Part shown: positions 9,340 through 20,039 of the stretch, one piece after another
How the letters are laid out: each line of letters opens with the position of its first letter
Position numbering within the stretch: the first letter of the stretch is position 1
Source: Candidatus Latescibacterota bacterium
GTDB taxonomy: Bacteria > Latescibacterota > UBA2968 > UBA8231
DNA: 64,000 nucleotides
NCBI GenBank assembly: GCA_965204725.1
Contig: OZ242005.1
Coordinates: 2,560,001 to 2,624,000, forward strand
Reading direction: 5' to 3'
The notes under the pieces: generated by a model
The model's database searches: none
Seen by the model: the letters and a program-made list of their open reading frames with translations, nothing else
What the model was told of the DNA's origin: nothing
Program-made: the position numbers and the translations under genes

Positions 9340-10260
9340 ATGGCTCATCACCAATTCACTCCCACCCACTACCACACGACCATCGGCTGGCACGAGCCGG
9401 TGCTGGCCATCGCCCCGGGCGACGCGGTCTCTACCACGACCGTTGACGCCCGCGGCCAAGACCAGCACGGCGAGCGGGTCACCGAGCGCGGCAACCCCAT
9501 GACCGGCCCTTTCTACGTAGAGGGGGCCGAGCCGGGCGATACGCTGGTCGTTCACTTCGACAAGCTCTATCCCAACCGCGATTGGGGCTGGACGGGCAAG
9601 AGCATCGCTCCCAACGTGCTAGACCCGGGTTTTGCAACCGGGATTGAGCGCGGCGACCCACCGCTCCGGTGGCCGATTGACCTCGCCGCGGGCACGGCAA
9701 CCCAGCCGGAGGTCCTGCCGGGCTTGGTGCTGCCCCTCAGCCCGATGCTGGGCTGTTTTGGAGTGGCCCCGCCGCGCGGTCAGGCCATTTCCACGGCCAC
9801 CTCTTCGACCCACGGCGGCAACATGGACTACCGAGGCTTTGTCGCGGGCGCGACCGTCTATTTGCCGGTTGAGGCCCCGGGGGGCCTCTTCCACCTAGGC
9901 GACGGGCACGCCATCCAAGGCGACGGCGAAATAGTCGGCACGGGCGTGGAAATCTCCTTTGACGCGACGTTTACTGTCGAGGTGATCAAGGGCCGGTCGA
10001 TCGGCTGGCCCCGCGCTGAAAACGCCACCCACATCCTCGCCGTCGGCAATGCGCGTCCCTTAGACCAATGCGTCCAGCACGCCACCAGCGAGCTGGTGAA
10101 TTGGCTCACCCAAGACTACGCGCTTACCGAGTTGAGTGCGCACGCGCTATTGGGACAGTGTGTGGAATACGATCTGGGGAACGTGTACGACCCGGCGTAC
10201 ACCATGGTTTGCAAGGTCGCCAAGGCGCGGCTGGCGGCTCTGGGCGTCGAGCGTTCATAG
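9340..10260 (+). CDS. Acetamidase/formamidase family protein
   Basis: NPMTGPFYVEGAEPGD, HGGNMD, GDGHAIQGDGEIVGTGVE. Confidence 0.92.
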   Translation: MAHHQFTPTHYHTTIGWHEPVLAIAPGDAVSTTTVDARGQDQHGERVTERGNPMTGPFYVEGAEPGDTLVVHFDKLYPNRDWGWTGKSIAPNVLDPGFATGIERGDPPLRWPIDLAAGTATQPEVLPGLVLPLSPMLGCFGVAPPRGQAISTATSSTHGGNMDYRGFVAGATVYLPVEAPGGLFHLGDGHAIQGDGEIVGTGVEISFDATFTVEVIKGRSIGWPRAENATHILAVGNARPLDQCVQHATSELVNWLTQDYALTELSAHALLGQCVEYDLGNVYDPAYTMVCKVAKARLAALGVERS

Positions 10261-11751
10261 GTCGGCGATGGAGTCGAGGCCCTCGGGCTGCGGCAGGACA
10301 TAGCGGACGGGCTGGATGGTGCCGTCGCGGCGGCGCACCTGTTCGACCCGCTTGCACTTGATGACCGAGTGTTCTATTAGCAGGTCGTCGTCGATTTGGC
10401 AGCCGTAGAGGTAGCTGGTGCCCTTGATAGTTACGCGCTCGCCCACGCGCATGGGGTGCTCGTCGCTGCCGGTCAGGAGCACGCCCGACTCAATGCGGCT
10501 GTGCGCTCCAATCCGCAGGTTTCCCTTGATGATATTGCGGCTGAGTACTTCGACGCGCTCGCCCAGAGCGAGGGTTTGTGCGGGATAAGCACTCAGCTCG
10601 ACGCCGACGCCAATTTGCACCCCCTCGCCGAGCACCACGTGGCCGCTCAGGTGGCTGCGGTCCCCAATGGCGACTCGGCGGTTGAGCTGGACTTGGGGGC
10701 CGATGTAAGTGCCCTTGCCGATGACGATGTCCAAGGGGCCACGCTCTGCATCTAGACTGAGGATCTGTTCAATGACCTCGTCGGCGATGAAGAAGTCCTC
10801 CTCGTCGGCGATGGTGATGGTGTCCTTGAGTCTGTCGTAGGCCCAGCGGCGGGCGATGGCCTCCATCTGCCGCCAGACGCTTTTGACGTTGAAGGCGAGG
10901 AGCGCCTCTTCGCTGTCGGCCGTGGCGGCCCGCACCACGAGCTGGTGCCGATTGAAAATTTGCACCAAGTCGGTCAGCAGCAGCTCGCCTTGGGCATTGT
11001 CGGTGTCGAGGTGCGGGATGTACGTCCGCAGCGCGCTTTCTCTGAAGGCGACGCCGCCGGTGTTGATCTCGCGCGTTTCCAACAACTCTTGGCGGGTAAA
11101 GGTGTAGGTGCGGCCATTGTAGATGGCCTCGTAGGGCGTTGTTGCATCGAGGCTGAGGATGTCCTTGTGCTCCCGGATTTCAATGACCTTGTCGCGGTCG
11201 GCACCCGCTGGCTGTCCCTCGGCGTCGGTGGCTGGGACGCGCACGATGCGGCCATAGAAGTTGGTCTCGGCCGGGCCGCTGTACAGGCAGGTGAGCACCA
11301 TCATGTCGCAGTCGGCGTTTTCAAAGTGGGCGCGGAAGTGGGCTACGACTTGCCCGGTCAACAAGCCCATGTCCCCCAAAAAGATGTACACGTCGCGGTC
11401 GGTCGCCGGCGCCGGGAAGGCTTGGAGGCCGACGCGCACGGCGTCGCCGGTGCCGGCTGGCCGGCCGAGGACCGGGTTTTCTTGGTACGCGAAAAGCCGG
11501 CCCGGCTGGGGGCCGGCCGCGCGGGCGACGTCCTCGCCCTTGATGCCCACGACGATGACCTGATTGGGGCTGTCGAGGCCCTGTTGCACGGCGCGGGCCA
11601 CGCGCACGGCCGTCGGCTGGCCCCAAATCTCGTGCAGCATCTTGGAGGTCTCCGAGCGGATGCGCTTGCCGTGCCCAGCCGCCAAAACGATGCCGATGCG
11701 ATGGATGTCGTCTAAAATGGGCGAACTAATTTTTGCGAGCAGGTCGTGCAT
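10255..11751 (-). CDS. GlmU-like NTP transferase with left-handed beta-helix C-terminus
   Basis: VLAAGHGKRIRS, GTGDAV, FLGD, YGRIVR, EINTG, DNAQGE; hexapeptide repeats. Confidence 0.8.
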   Translation of the reverse strand: MHDLLAKISSPILDDIHRIGIVLAAGHGKRIRSETSKMLHEIWGQPTAVRVARAVQQGLDSPNQVIVVGIKGEDVARAAGPQPGRLFAYQENPVLGRPAGTGDAVRVGLQAFPAPATDRDVYIFLGDMGLLTGQVVAHFRAHFENADCDMMVLTCLYSGPAETNFYGRIVRVPATDAEGQPAGADRDKVIEIREHKDILSLDATTPYEAIYNGRTYTFTRQELLETREINTGGVAFRESALRTYIPHLDTDNAQGELLLTDLVQIFNRHQLVVRAATADSEEALLAFNVKSVWRQMEAIARRWAYDRLKDTITIADEEDFFIADEVIEQILSLDAERGPLDIVIGKGTYIGPQVQLNRRVAIGDRSHLSGHVVLGEGVQIGVGVELSAYPAQTLALGERVEVLSRNIIKGNLRIGAHSRIESGVLLTGSDEHPMRVGERVTIKGTSYLYGCQIDDDLLIEHSVIKCKRVEQVRRRDGTIQPVRYVLPQPEGLDSIADL

Positions 11752-11767
11752 TGTTCTCCTTTCCGGT

Positions 11768-13852
11768 TCACGCGCCCTCTAAGGCGTCGAGGTCCTCGCC
11801 GAGGGCCGCGCGCATGAGTACCTCCTGCATACTATGGCTGGAAACGCCGCGCTCGGGCTGGCGGCGGAGGTACGTGCCGTCTGGGCGCATCTGCCGCGAT
11901 TTGGTGCGATCGGCCAGCGCCAGCGCCAGCAACTCGCGATAGATGCGCCGCTTCAGGCCCGGGTCCAAGATGGGGAAGACGACTTCGACCCGGCCACGCA
12001 GGTTGCGATTCATCCAGTCCGCGCTGCCGAGCCAGACTTCCTCGTCGCCGCCGTTGGCAAAGTAAAAGACCCGGCTGTGTTCTAAGAAGCGGCCAATGAT
12101 GCTGTACACGCGGATGTTTTCGCTGATGCCGTCGAGCCCGGCGCGCAAGCAGCATATCCCGCGCACGATTAGATCGATTTCCACGCCGGCCTGCGAGGCC
12201 GCGTACAAGGCGTTGATGATGGCCGGATCCATGAGGCCGTTCATCTTGGCAATGATGGCGGCCGGCCGATCGGCGCGGGCGTGTTGGCTCTCGCGCTCAA
12301 TGCGGTCGAGCATGCCCTGCATCAGGCCGGCCGGGGCGACTAGCAGTTTTTTGAATTGGCTGGCGCGGTTGTGGGCGGTGAGTAGGTTGAAGACCTCGGC
12401 CACCTCGGCGGTGATCGTCGGCTCCGCGGTGATCAGCCCCAGATCCGTGTAGAGCCGAGCGGTGGTATGGTTGTAATTGCCGGTCCCCAAGTGGGCGTAG
12501 CGGCGCAGGCGATCTTGGTCGCGGCGCACCAGCATGGAGAGCTTGCAATGGGTCTTCAGGCCCATGATGCCATAGACCACGTGGATGCCGCTGTCTTCGA
12601 GCCGCTTGGCCCACTCGATATTGGCCTCTTCGTCGCCGCGGGCCTTTAGCTCGACGAGCACGGTCACCTCCTTGCGGCGCTCGGCCGCGTCGATGAGGGC
12701 CTGTCCCACCTCTGAATCGTCGCCCGTGCGGTAGATGGTCTGCTTGATCGCCAGCACTTTGGGATCGTTGGCCGCCATGCGGATGAATTCAGTGACCGTG
12801 GCAAACGACTCGTAGGGGTGGTGCAGGAGGACGTCGCCGGCGCGAATGGACGCGAAGAACGCCTCCGGCTCTTGGGGGAGGTCGCGTTTGACTGGCGAGA
12901 AGGGGGCGTCCTTGAGCTTGGGGCGCGGGACGAGGCCGTACAGGGTCATGACTCGGTGGAGATTGACCGGCCCGGCCACCCGAAACACGAGGCGGTCGTC
13001 GAGGTCGAACTCCTGTTGCAAAAGCGATACCAACCGATCGGGCGCACCGGCGGCGATTTCCAGCCGCACCGCGTCGGCTTGACGCTGCTTGGTTACTTGC
13101 TCGGCAATTTCTTCGAGCAGGTTGTCGGCGTCTTCTTCGTTGACGTACAGCTCGCTGTTGCGGGTGATGCGGAACGGGGCCGAGCCGAGGACCTCGTAGC
13201 CGCGGAACAGCGCTCTGACTTGCAGGTCCATGATCCCGGCCAAGGTCACAAAGTGGTGGTCGGAGCCTTGGCCGGGCAGGCGCAGGATGCGCGGCAATAC
13301 GCGCGGCACGGTCGCCACGCCCATCACCGACTGGCCCTGTCCTTCGAGCAAAGCCCCGATGCACAGGGCCTTGTTGAGCACGCGGGGGAAGGGATGAGCC
13401 GGATCGACGATGATGGGCGTGAGGATGGGTTCGAGCTCTTCTTCCCAGTATTGATGCACAAAGTCGAGGTGCTCGCCTTTGAGCTGGCGCGCTTCCCACA
13501 GATAGATGCCCTCGGCCGCCAGTGCCGGAATGAGGTCCTCGTTCCAGCAGCGATACTGCTCGGCAACCTGCTCGTGGGCCTGTTGGGCGATGCGCTCTAG
13601 CTGCTCGGCCGGGGTCATCCCGTCGGGGCGGCTGGGGTTGGCCCCCGACTCGTGTAATTGCAACAAGCCAGCGACCCGGATTTCGTAGAACTCGTCGAGG
13701 TTGCTGGCGACGATGGCCATGAACTTGACGCGCTCCAACAGGGGGTTGCGCTCGTCTTGGGCTTCTTCGAGCACCCGGGCGTTAAAGTCGAGCCAAGACA
13801 GCTCGCGGTTGATGTAGAGCGAGGGATGGCCTATTGAGTCTTTAGCCGACAT
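11768..13852 (-). CDS. ppk1: Polyphosphate kinase 1
   Basis: NRELSWLDFNARVL, LLHHPYESF, IKQTIYR, HLGTGNYN, GRFLEHSR, SADWMNRNL. Confidence 0.97.
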   Translation of the reverse strand: MSAKDSIGHPSLYINRELSWLDFNARVLEEAQDERNPLLERVKFMAIVASNLDEFYEIRVAGLLQLHESGANPSRPDGMTPAEQLERIAQQAHEQVAEQYRCWNEDLIPALAAEGIYLWEARQLKGEHLDFVHQYWEEELEPILTPIIVDPAHPFPRVLNKALCIGALLEGQGQSVMGVATVPRVLPRILRLPGQGSDHHFVTLAGIMDLQVRALFRGYEVLGSAPFRITRNSELYVNEEDADNLLEEIAEQVTKQRQADAVRLEIAAGAPDRLVSLLQQEFDLDDRLVFRVAGPVNLHRVMTLYGLVPRPKLKDAPFSPVKRDLPQEPEAFFASIRAGDVLLHHPYESFATVTEFIRMAANDPKVLAIKQTIYRTGDDSEVGQALIDAAERRKEVTVLVELKARGDEEANIEWAKRLEDSGIHVVYGIMGLKTHCKLSMLVRRDQDRLRRYAHLGTGNYNHTTARLYTDLGLITAEPTITAEVAEVFNLLTAHNRASQFKKLLVAPAGLMQGMLDRIERESQHARADRPAAIIAKMNGLMDPAIINALYAASQAGVEIDLIVRGICCLRAGLDGISENIRVYSIIGRFLEHSRVFYFANGGDEEVWLGSADWMNRNLRGRVEVVFPILDPGLKRRIYRELLALALADRTKSRQMRPDGTYLRRQPERGVSSHSMQEVLMRAALGEDLDALEGA

Positions 13853-13858
13853 GAGGCC

Positions 13859-14662
13859 CTAGCCGAGCGCGGCGATGGTTGCGCGCACGAATTCCACCGA
13901 TTTTCTGAGTGCTTCCCGGCGCTCGCCGGCAATGCCGCACTCGTAGGCCAGATACCCGCTAAAGCCGATGTCCTTGAGGGCCTGTAAGCCGGCTCGCCAA
14001 TCGATGTCGCCAGTGCCCGGCTGTAGGCGCGTGTTGTCTGCCAAATGGACGTGGGCTACGTGCTTGCCGGCTTGGCGGAAGGCGGCGGGCGTGTCGGTCT
14101 CTTCGATGTGCATGTGGAAGAAGTCGCTGAGCAGGGCCACGCCTTGGGGGCTGCCGGCGCGCTCGATGATTTCGACGCCATCGGCTTGGCGGCGCAAGAG
14201 GTGTTGCTCGTAGCGGTTGAGCGGTTCGAGCAAGAGCAGGGTGCCCTTGCTGGCGGCCCAAGCGGCGAGCTCTTTTACCAACTCGACGAGCAGGGCCTTC
14301 TCTAGGGAAATGGCGTCTTGCAGCGGCGACAGGTCGGGGATGCGCGGCGGCCCAAAGATGGGCGGGACGATCTGGCCGACCGCTTGGAAGTGCCCGCAGG
14401 CGGTGAGTTGGCGGCGCGTCTCGGCGAGGCTGTTGGCGCGCTTGCGCGGGTCGGGGTCGAGCCAGTCAAAGGTCTCTTGGCCGCATATAGAAGCAATCTT
14501 AATAGAGCGACCAGCGAGGGCCTTTTCGTACTTTTCAATGTGGTCGTACAGGCGCGTGCCGCCGCTGACCTCTAGCCCTTCAATGGCGAGCGATTCGGCG
14601 AAGTCGAGCTTTTCGGCGAGGCTTTCTCCGGGCAGTAGCCCTTCCTGTAAGGCAATTTTCAT
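13859..14662 (-). CDS. Sugar phosphate isomerase/epimerase (AP endonuclease 2 TIM barrel)
   Basis: LEPLNRYE, DFFHMHIEE, HVHLADN, PGTG. Confidence 0.88.
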   Translation of the reverse strand: MKIALQEGLLPGESLAEKLDFAESLAIEGLEVSGGTRLYDHIEKYEKALAGRSIKIASICGQETFDWLDPDPRKRANSLAETRRQLTACGHFQAVGQIVPPIFGPPRIPDLSPLQDAISLEKALLVELVKELAAWAASKGTLLLLEPLNRYEQHLLRRQADGVEIIERAGSPQGVALLSDFFHMHIEETDTPAAFRQAGKHVAHVHLADNTRLQPGTGDIDWRAGLQALKDIGFSGYLAYECGIAGERREALRKSVEFVRATIAALG

Positions 14663-14775
14663 GGCGTCCTTTCTCGCGGCGTCTCAGCATTAAAACTGGA
14701 CGCCGCGCTTGACGTTAAGTTCGTTTTTAAGGTTTATAGCGAGCCAAAATATACACTGCCAAAGGAGGATATGCC

Positions 14776-15738
14776 ATGCCAGAACGCGTACAGATCGTAG
14801 TGCCCGGCGACAATCCCACTCAGATCGCCGGTTCGCCGCATTTGCAGCGGCTCGCGCCCTACGGGGACGTCACCCTGTTTGCGGATACGCCGCAAAGCGC
14901 GGGCGAGAAAATCGCCCGGGCCGAGGGGGCCCAAATCATCATCAACTCGCGCGGGGTCGTCACGTGGCGCGAGGAAATGCGCCGCTTGCCCGCGCTCAAA
15001 ATGATCGCCACCTGCTCCATCGGCACGGACATGATCGACTTGGCGATTGCCAAGGAGTGCGGAATCGTGGTGTCGAACCAGCCCGGCCGCACCGCGCCCG
15101 TGGTGGCCGAACACATGTTCGGGCTGATGTTTGCCCTGTCCAAGCGCGCTTATTTTCAGACGGCCGAGCTCAAGGCGGGGCGCTGGACGCGCAAGATGAA
15201 CACCATGCTACAGGGCAAGGTGCTGGGCGTGGTCGGCACGGGGCCGATTGGCGCGGAGATGGCGCGGTTGGGGCGGGCTATCGGCATGGAGGTCATCGCG
15301 TGGACCTTTCATCCGTCGCCGCAGCGTGCGGCCGAATACGGGGTGCGCTTCGTCGCGCTCGACGAGCTGTTGCAGACAGCGGACGTGGTCAGCCTGCACG
15401 TGCGGCTGACCGAGGATACTCGGCACTTGCTCGGGGCGCGCGAGTTTGGCCTAATGAAGGAGGGGGCGCTGGTGTTGAACGGCGCGCGCGGCGATGTGCT
15501 CGACATCCATGCCTTACGCACGGCCCTGTTGTCCGGGCATTTGGGCGGCGCCGGGCTCGACGTATTTTCACAGGAGCCGCTGCCGAGCGACGACCCCATT
15601 CTCGATTGCGAGCAGGTGGTGCTGACGCCGCATGCCGCGGATCAAACGCCTGAGGGAGTGGATTTGTTGAACGAGGGCGCGGTAGATAATGTGATTGCGT
15701 TTTTGCAGGGGCGGCCGCAAAACAACGTGGCCGTGTGA
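14776..15738 (+). CDS. D-2-hydroxyacid dehydrogenase
   Basis: GVVGTGPIG, VSLHV, NGARG, GLDVF, LTPHAA. Confidence 0.92.
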   Translation: MPERVQIVVPGDNPTQIAGSPHLQRLAPYGDVTLFADTPQSAGEKIARAEGAQIIINSRGVVTWREEMRRLPALKMIATCSIGTDMIDLAIAKECGIVVSNQPGRTAPVVAEHMFGLMFALSKRAYFQTAELKAGRWTRKMNTMLQGKVLGVVGTGPIGAEMARLGRAIGMEVIAWTFHPSPQRAAEYGVRFVALDELLQTADVVSLHVRLTEDTRHLLGAREFGLMKEGALVLNGARGDVLDIHALRTALLSGHLGGAGLDVFSQEPLPSDDPILDCEQVVLTPHAADQTPEGVDLLNEGAVDNVIAFLQGRPQNNVAV

Positions 15739-15772
15739 GTGCGAGATACGACGGCCATAATTAGGAGAGGCT

Positions 15773-16483
15773 ATGAATGACGAAAAGCAGCTAGAACGAG
15801 AAAACAAGAAATTTGTCGCGGCCTTGGGGCGCGAGCCGTCCTTGGAAGCAGTGGACGATGCGAAGCGGACGGATCTGCACCATGCAGCCGCATTGAACCT
15901 GCCCGCCCTTTCTACCTTCCTGCTGCACGGCGGGGCCGATGTCAACGCCAAGGACGAGGAAGGGATGATACCGCTGCACAGCGCGTCAATGAAGGATGCG
16001 CTTGAGGTCGCGAGGATTTTGCTGGACCGCGACACAGATGTCAACGCCAAGGACAAGGACGGCCTGACGCCCCTGCATGTTGCGACCGCACGGAATGCGC
16101 TGACGGTGGCGGAGTTTCTGCTCGAAAACGGCGCGGATATCAACGCCAAAAACTACTACAATGGCCTGACGCCTTTGCACCTTGCAACCGCGCGGAATGA
16201 GGTGGCGGTGGCGGAGTTTCTGCTCGAAAACGGCGCGGATGCCAACGCCAAGAACTACCACGACGGCCTGACGCCCCTGCACATTGCGACGATGCGGAAT
16301 GTTTTTCGGGTAGCCGAAATTTTGCTCGACAACGGCGCAGATGTCAACGCCAAGACGCGCGACGGCTGGACGCCGCTGTTTCTTGCCAAGCACAAAAAAG
16401 ACACGGTCGGGTTGGTGCTTCGCTTCTTTGGGATGGAGACGAGTATGGTTCGTTTGTTGCGCTGGCACGGGGGCGAGGAATAA
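15773..16483 (+). CDS. Ankyrin repeat protein 1 (about 6 repeats, divergent type, no shared leader)
   Basis: GLTPLH..A...LLENGADVNAK repeats. Confidence 0.92.
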   Translation: MNDEKQLERENKKFVAALGREPSLEAVDDAKRTDLHHAAALNLPALSTFLLHGGADVNAKDEEGMIPLHSASMKDALEVARILLDRDTDVNAKDKDGLTPLHVATARNALTVAEFLLENGADINAKNYYNGLTPLHLATARNEVAVAEFLLENGADANAKNYHDGLTPLHIATMRNVFRVAEILLDNGADVNAKTRDGWTPLFLAKHKKDTVGLVLRFFGMETSMVRLLRWHGGEE

Positions 16484-16517
16484 ACAGTTGGGAGCACGTC
16501 AAACGAAAGGAAAACCC

Positions 16518-17546
16518 ATGAAAAACGTCGAGCAGGATGCGCCGCCACTAAAGCAGCCTAAGCAGCCCCGACCTAAGCGGCTTGCCCTAGCCTTGGGCGT
16601 GGCGGCGGTCTTGGTGGGGGGCATAATGTGTGGTGGACAGGACTCGGAGATGGACCCCGCAGAAAACGAGAGCTGGACGCTACTGCATCACGCGGCGTGG
16701 AAGGATTCTTCTGCGACAGCGAAGATGCTGCTGGAAAACGGAGCAGACCCAAACGCAAAAGACGACGAGGACCGGACGCCCCTGCACTGGGCGGCGTCGG
16801 GTCGTGCCATTGCGACGACGACGATGCTGCTCGAAAACGGAGCAGACGCAAGAGCAAAAGACAGCGAGGGCAAGACATCGCTGCACTGGGCGGCGTCTTC
16901 TAATGCCGATATGGTAACAACGATGTTGCTGGAAAACGGGGCGGACGTAAACGCAAAAGACGACGAGGACCGGACGCCCCTGCACTGGGCGATATCTTTT
17001 GGTGCCGTTGCGACCGCAAAGGTGTTGCTGGAAAGCGGCGCAGACGTAAACGCAAAAAACAACCACAGCCGGACGCCCCTGCACGAAACGGCGTGGCAGA
17101 AAGCGGCGGCGGCGGCGAGGATATTGCTGGAAAACGGCGCGGATGCAAACGTCAAAAGCAGCAAAGGCCGGACGCCCCTGCACGAAACGGCGGCGACGGA
17201 TGCGGCGGCGGTGGCGATGCTGCTGCTGGAGAACGGCGCAGACGTAAACGTCCGAGAAAACGAGGGCAGAACGCCGCTGCACGAAGCGGCGGGGAAGGAT
17301 GCCGTTGCGACCGCGAAGGTGTTGTTAGAAAATGGAGCGGATGTAAACGCCAAGAGCAACAAGGGCCGGACGCCCCTGCACTGGGCGGTGGTAGTGGATG
17401 CGGCGGCGACAACAAAAGTGTTGCTGGAAAACGGAGCACACGTAAACGCCCAGGACAACGAAGGCTGGACGCCGCTAATCTGGGCGGAGTTTAAGAATGC
17501 CGCTGCGGCAACGGAGGTATTGCACCAGTACGGTGCGCGCAAGTGA
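16518..17546 (+). CDS. Ankyrin repeat protein 2 (about 9 repeats, hydrophobic leader)
   Basis: AAGGAAAACCC-ATG; leader KRLALALGVAAVLVGG; TPLH repeats; YGARK end. Confidence 0.92.
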   Translation: MKNVEQDAPPLKQPKQPRPKRLALALGVAAVLVGGIMCGGQDSEMDPAENESWTLLHHAAWKDSSATAKMLLENGADPNAKDDEDRTPLHWAASGRAIATTTMLLENGADARAKDSEGKTSLHWAASSNADMVTTMLLENGADVNAKDDEDRTPLHWAISFGAVATAKVLLESGADVNAKNNHSRTPLHETAWQKAAAAARILLENGADANVKSSKGRTPLHETAATDAAAVAMLLLENGADVNVRENEGRTPLHEAAGKDAVATAKVLLENGADVNAKSNKGRTPLHWAVVVDAAATTKVLLENGAHVNAQDNEGWTPLIWAEFKNAAAATEVLHQYGARK

Positions 17547-17577
17547 AAGGCTCAGTTTCCAATGGCAAGGAAAACCC

Positions 17578-18291
17578 ATGAAAAGCGTTGAGCCGGACGC
17601 GCCGCCACGGGAGCGGCCTGAGAAGACCCGATTTAAGCAGCTTGCCGTAGCCTTGGGCGTGGCGGCTGTCTTGGTTGGGGGCCTATCCCTATTCACCGCC
17701 AAAAACGACGCCGGACGGACACCCCTGCACGAAGCGGCGAGAGCAGATGCTACGGCGACCGCGAAGATGCTGCTCGAAAACGGAGCACACGTAAACGCAA
17801 AAGACAACAGGGGCCGGACGCCCCTACAAAGAGCGGCGGGGGTGGATGGGGCGGCGACCGCGAAGATGCTGCTCGAAAACGGGGCGCACGTAAACGCAAA
17901 GGACAACGACGGCTGGACACCGCTGCACGGAGCGGCGTTTGCGGATGGGGCGGCGACCGCGAAGATGCTGCTGGAAAACGGAGCACACGTAAACGCAAAA
18001 GACAACAAGAGCCGGACACCGCTACACGAAGCGGCGTTTGCGGATGCGGCGGCGACCGCGAAGATATTGTTGGAAAACGGGGCGCACGTAAACGCAAAAA
18101 GCAACAAGGGCCGGACGCCCCTGCACTGGGCGGTGGTAGTCGATGCGGCGGCAACAACAAAAGTGTTGCTGGAAAACGGAGCACACGTAAACGCAAAAGA
18201 CAACGAGGGCTGGACGCCCCTGATCTGGGCGGAGTTTAAGAATGCTGATGCGGCAACGGAGGTGTTGCACCAGTACGGTGCGCGCAAGTGA
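17578..18291 (+). CDS. Ankyrin repeat protein 3 (about 6 repeats)
   Basis: Same leader and YGARK end as neighbours. Confidence 0.92.
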   Translation: MKSVEPDAPPRERPEKTRFKQLAVALGVAAVLVGGLSLFTAKNDAGRTPLHEAARADATATAKMLLENGAHVNAKDNRGRTPLQRAAGVDGAATAKMLLENGAHVNAKDNDGWTPLHGAAFADGAATAKMLLENGAHVNAKDNKSRTPLHEAAFADAAATAKILLENGAHVNAKSNKGRTPLHWAVVVDAAATTKVLLENGAHVNAKDNEGWTPLIWAEFKNADAATEVLHQYGARK

Positions 18292-18329
18292 AAGGCTCAG
18301 TTTCCAATGGAGCTTGGCAAGGAAAACCT

Positions 18330-19244
18330 ATGAAAAACGTTGAGCCGGATGCGCCGCCACGGGAGCGGCCTGAGAAAACCCGATTTAAGCGGCTTGCCGT
18401 AGCCTTGGGCGTGGCGGCTGTCTTGGTTGGGGGCCTATCCCTGCTCACGGCCAAAAACGACGAAGGCGGGACGCCCCTGCACGAAGCGGCGAAGGCGGAT
18501 GCGGCGGCGACGGCAAAGATACTGCTGGAAAACGGAGCAGACGTAAATGCCCAAGACGATAAAGGCCGGACGCCGCTACACCGGGCGGCGAGGAAGGATG
18601 CCGTTGCAACAGCGAAGATACTGCTGGAAAACGGAGCAGACGTAAACGCAAAAAACAACAAGAGCCGGACACCCCTGCACGAAGCGGCGACAACAGATGC
18701 TGCTACGACGGCGAAGCTACTGCTAGAAAACGGCATAGCGGTAAACGCAAAAGGCAACAACGACCGGACACCCCTGCACGAAGCGGCGAGGACAGATGCT
18801 GCTACGACCGTGAAGATGCTGCTAGAAAACGGGGCAGACGTAAACGCAAAAAATAACGGAGGCCGGAGGCCGCTGGACCACGCGGCGGCGAATGATGCCG
18901 TTGCGACGGCGAAGCTACTGCTGGATAACGGAGCAGACGTAAACGCAAAAGACTACAACGGCTGGACACCGCTGCACTGGGCGGCGTTTGCGGATGCCGT
19001 TGCGACGGCGAAGATGCTGCTGGATAACGGAGCGCACACAAACGCAAAAGACAACGAAGGCTGGACGCCCCTGCACGAAGCGGCGAAGGCGGATGCGGCG
19101 GCAACAGCGAAGATACTGCTGGAAAACGGGGCAGACGTAAACGCAAAAGACAACGAAGGCTGGACGCCCCTGCACTGGGCGGAAGTTAAGAGTGCCGCTG
19201 CGACAGTGGAGGTGTTGCGCCGGTACGGGGGCGTTGGAGGCTAG
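18330..19244 (+). CDS. Ankyrin repeat protein 4 (about 8 repeats)
   Basis: Same leader; TPLH repeats. Confidence 0.92.
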   Translation: MKNVEPDAPPRERPEKTRFKRLAVALGVAAVLVGGLSLLTAKNDEGGTPLHEAAKADAAATAKILLENGADVNAQDDKGRTPLHRAARKDAVATAKILLENGADVNAKNNKSRTPLHEAATTDAATTAKLLLENGIAVNAKGNNDRTPLHEAARTDAATTVKMLLENGADVNAKNNGGRRPLDHAAANDAVATAKLLLDNGADVNAKDYNGWTPLHWAAFADAVATAKMLLDNGAHTNAKDNEGWTPLHEAAKADAAATAKILLENGADVNAKDNEGWTPLHWAEVKSAAATVEVLRRYGGVGG

Positions 19245-19264
19245 TGTCGTGTAGTAAGGGCAGG

Positions 19265-19382
19265 ACCTATCGGGGCTTTGACCACAGTTTGAATAAGCCC
19301 GTCGCCATCAAGGAATACCGGCCCACCGACATTGCCACCCGCACCGCAAGCCAGCGACTTTCACAGCGACTTCCCATGGGGC
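19265..19382 (+). pseudogene. Ser/Thr protein kinase relic (subdomains I-II)
   Basis: Translates TYRGFDHSLNKPVAIKEYRPTDIATR (VAIK catalytic Lys motif), then DFPWG in a shifted frame. Confidence 0.75.
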
Positions 19383-19386
19383 ACCA

Positions 19387-20001
19387 ATGAAAAGCGTTGA
19401 GCCGGATGCGCCGCCACGGGAGCGGCCTGAGAAGACCCGATTTAAGTGGCTTGCCGCAGCCTTGGGCGTGGTTGCCCTCTTGGTTGGGGGCCTATCCCTG
19501 CTCACCGCCAAAGACGACAGAGACCGGACGCCCCTGCACTACGCAGCGAGGAAAGATGCCGTTGCAACAGCGAAGCTACTGCTGGAAAACGGAGCAGACG
19601 TAAACGCAAAAGCCAATAGAGGCCAGACGCCCCTGCACGAAACGGCGTGGATGGATGCGGCGGCGACCGCGAAGCTATTGCTGGAAAACGGGGCAGACGT
19701 AAATGCAAAAAACAACCACAGCCGGACGCCCCTGCACTACGCGGCGTGGAAGGATGCCGTTGCAACAGCGAAGGTGTTACTGGAAAACGGGGCAGACGTA
19801 AATGCCCAAGACGACAAAGGCTGGACGCCCCTGCACAAAACGTCGTGGATGGATGCGGCGGCGACCGCGAAGCTATTGCTGGAAAACGGGGCAGACGTAA
19901 ATGCCAAGGACAACGAGGGCTGGACGCCCCTGATCTGGACGGAGTTTAAGAATGCCGATGCGACAACGGAGGTGTTGCACCGGTACGGTGCGCGAAAGTG
20001 A
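19387..20001 (+). CDS. Ankyrin repeat protein 5 (about 5 repeats)
   Basis: Same leader and YGARK end. Confidence 0.92.
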   Translation: MKSVEPDAPPRERPEKTRFKWLAAALGVVALLVGGLSLLTAKDDRDRTPLHYAARKDAVATAKLLLENGADVNAKANRGQTPLHETAWMDAAATAKLLLENGADVNAKNNHSRTPLHYAAWKDAVATAKVLLENGADVNAQDDKGWTPLHKTSWMDAAATAKLLLENGADVNAKDNEGWTPLIWTEFKNADATTEVLHRYGARK

Positions 20002-20039
20002 AAGGCTCGACTTCCCATGGGGCTTGGCAAGGAAAACCA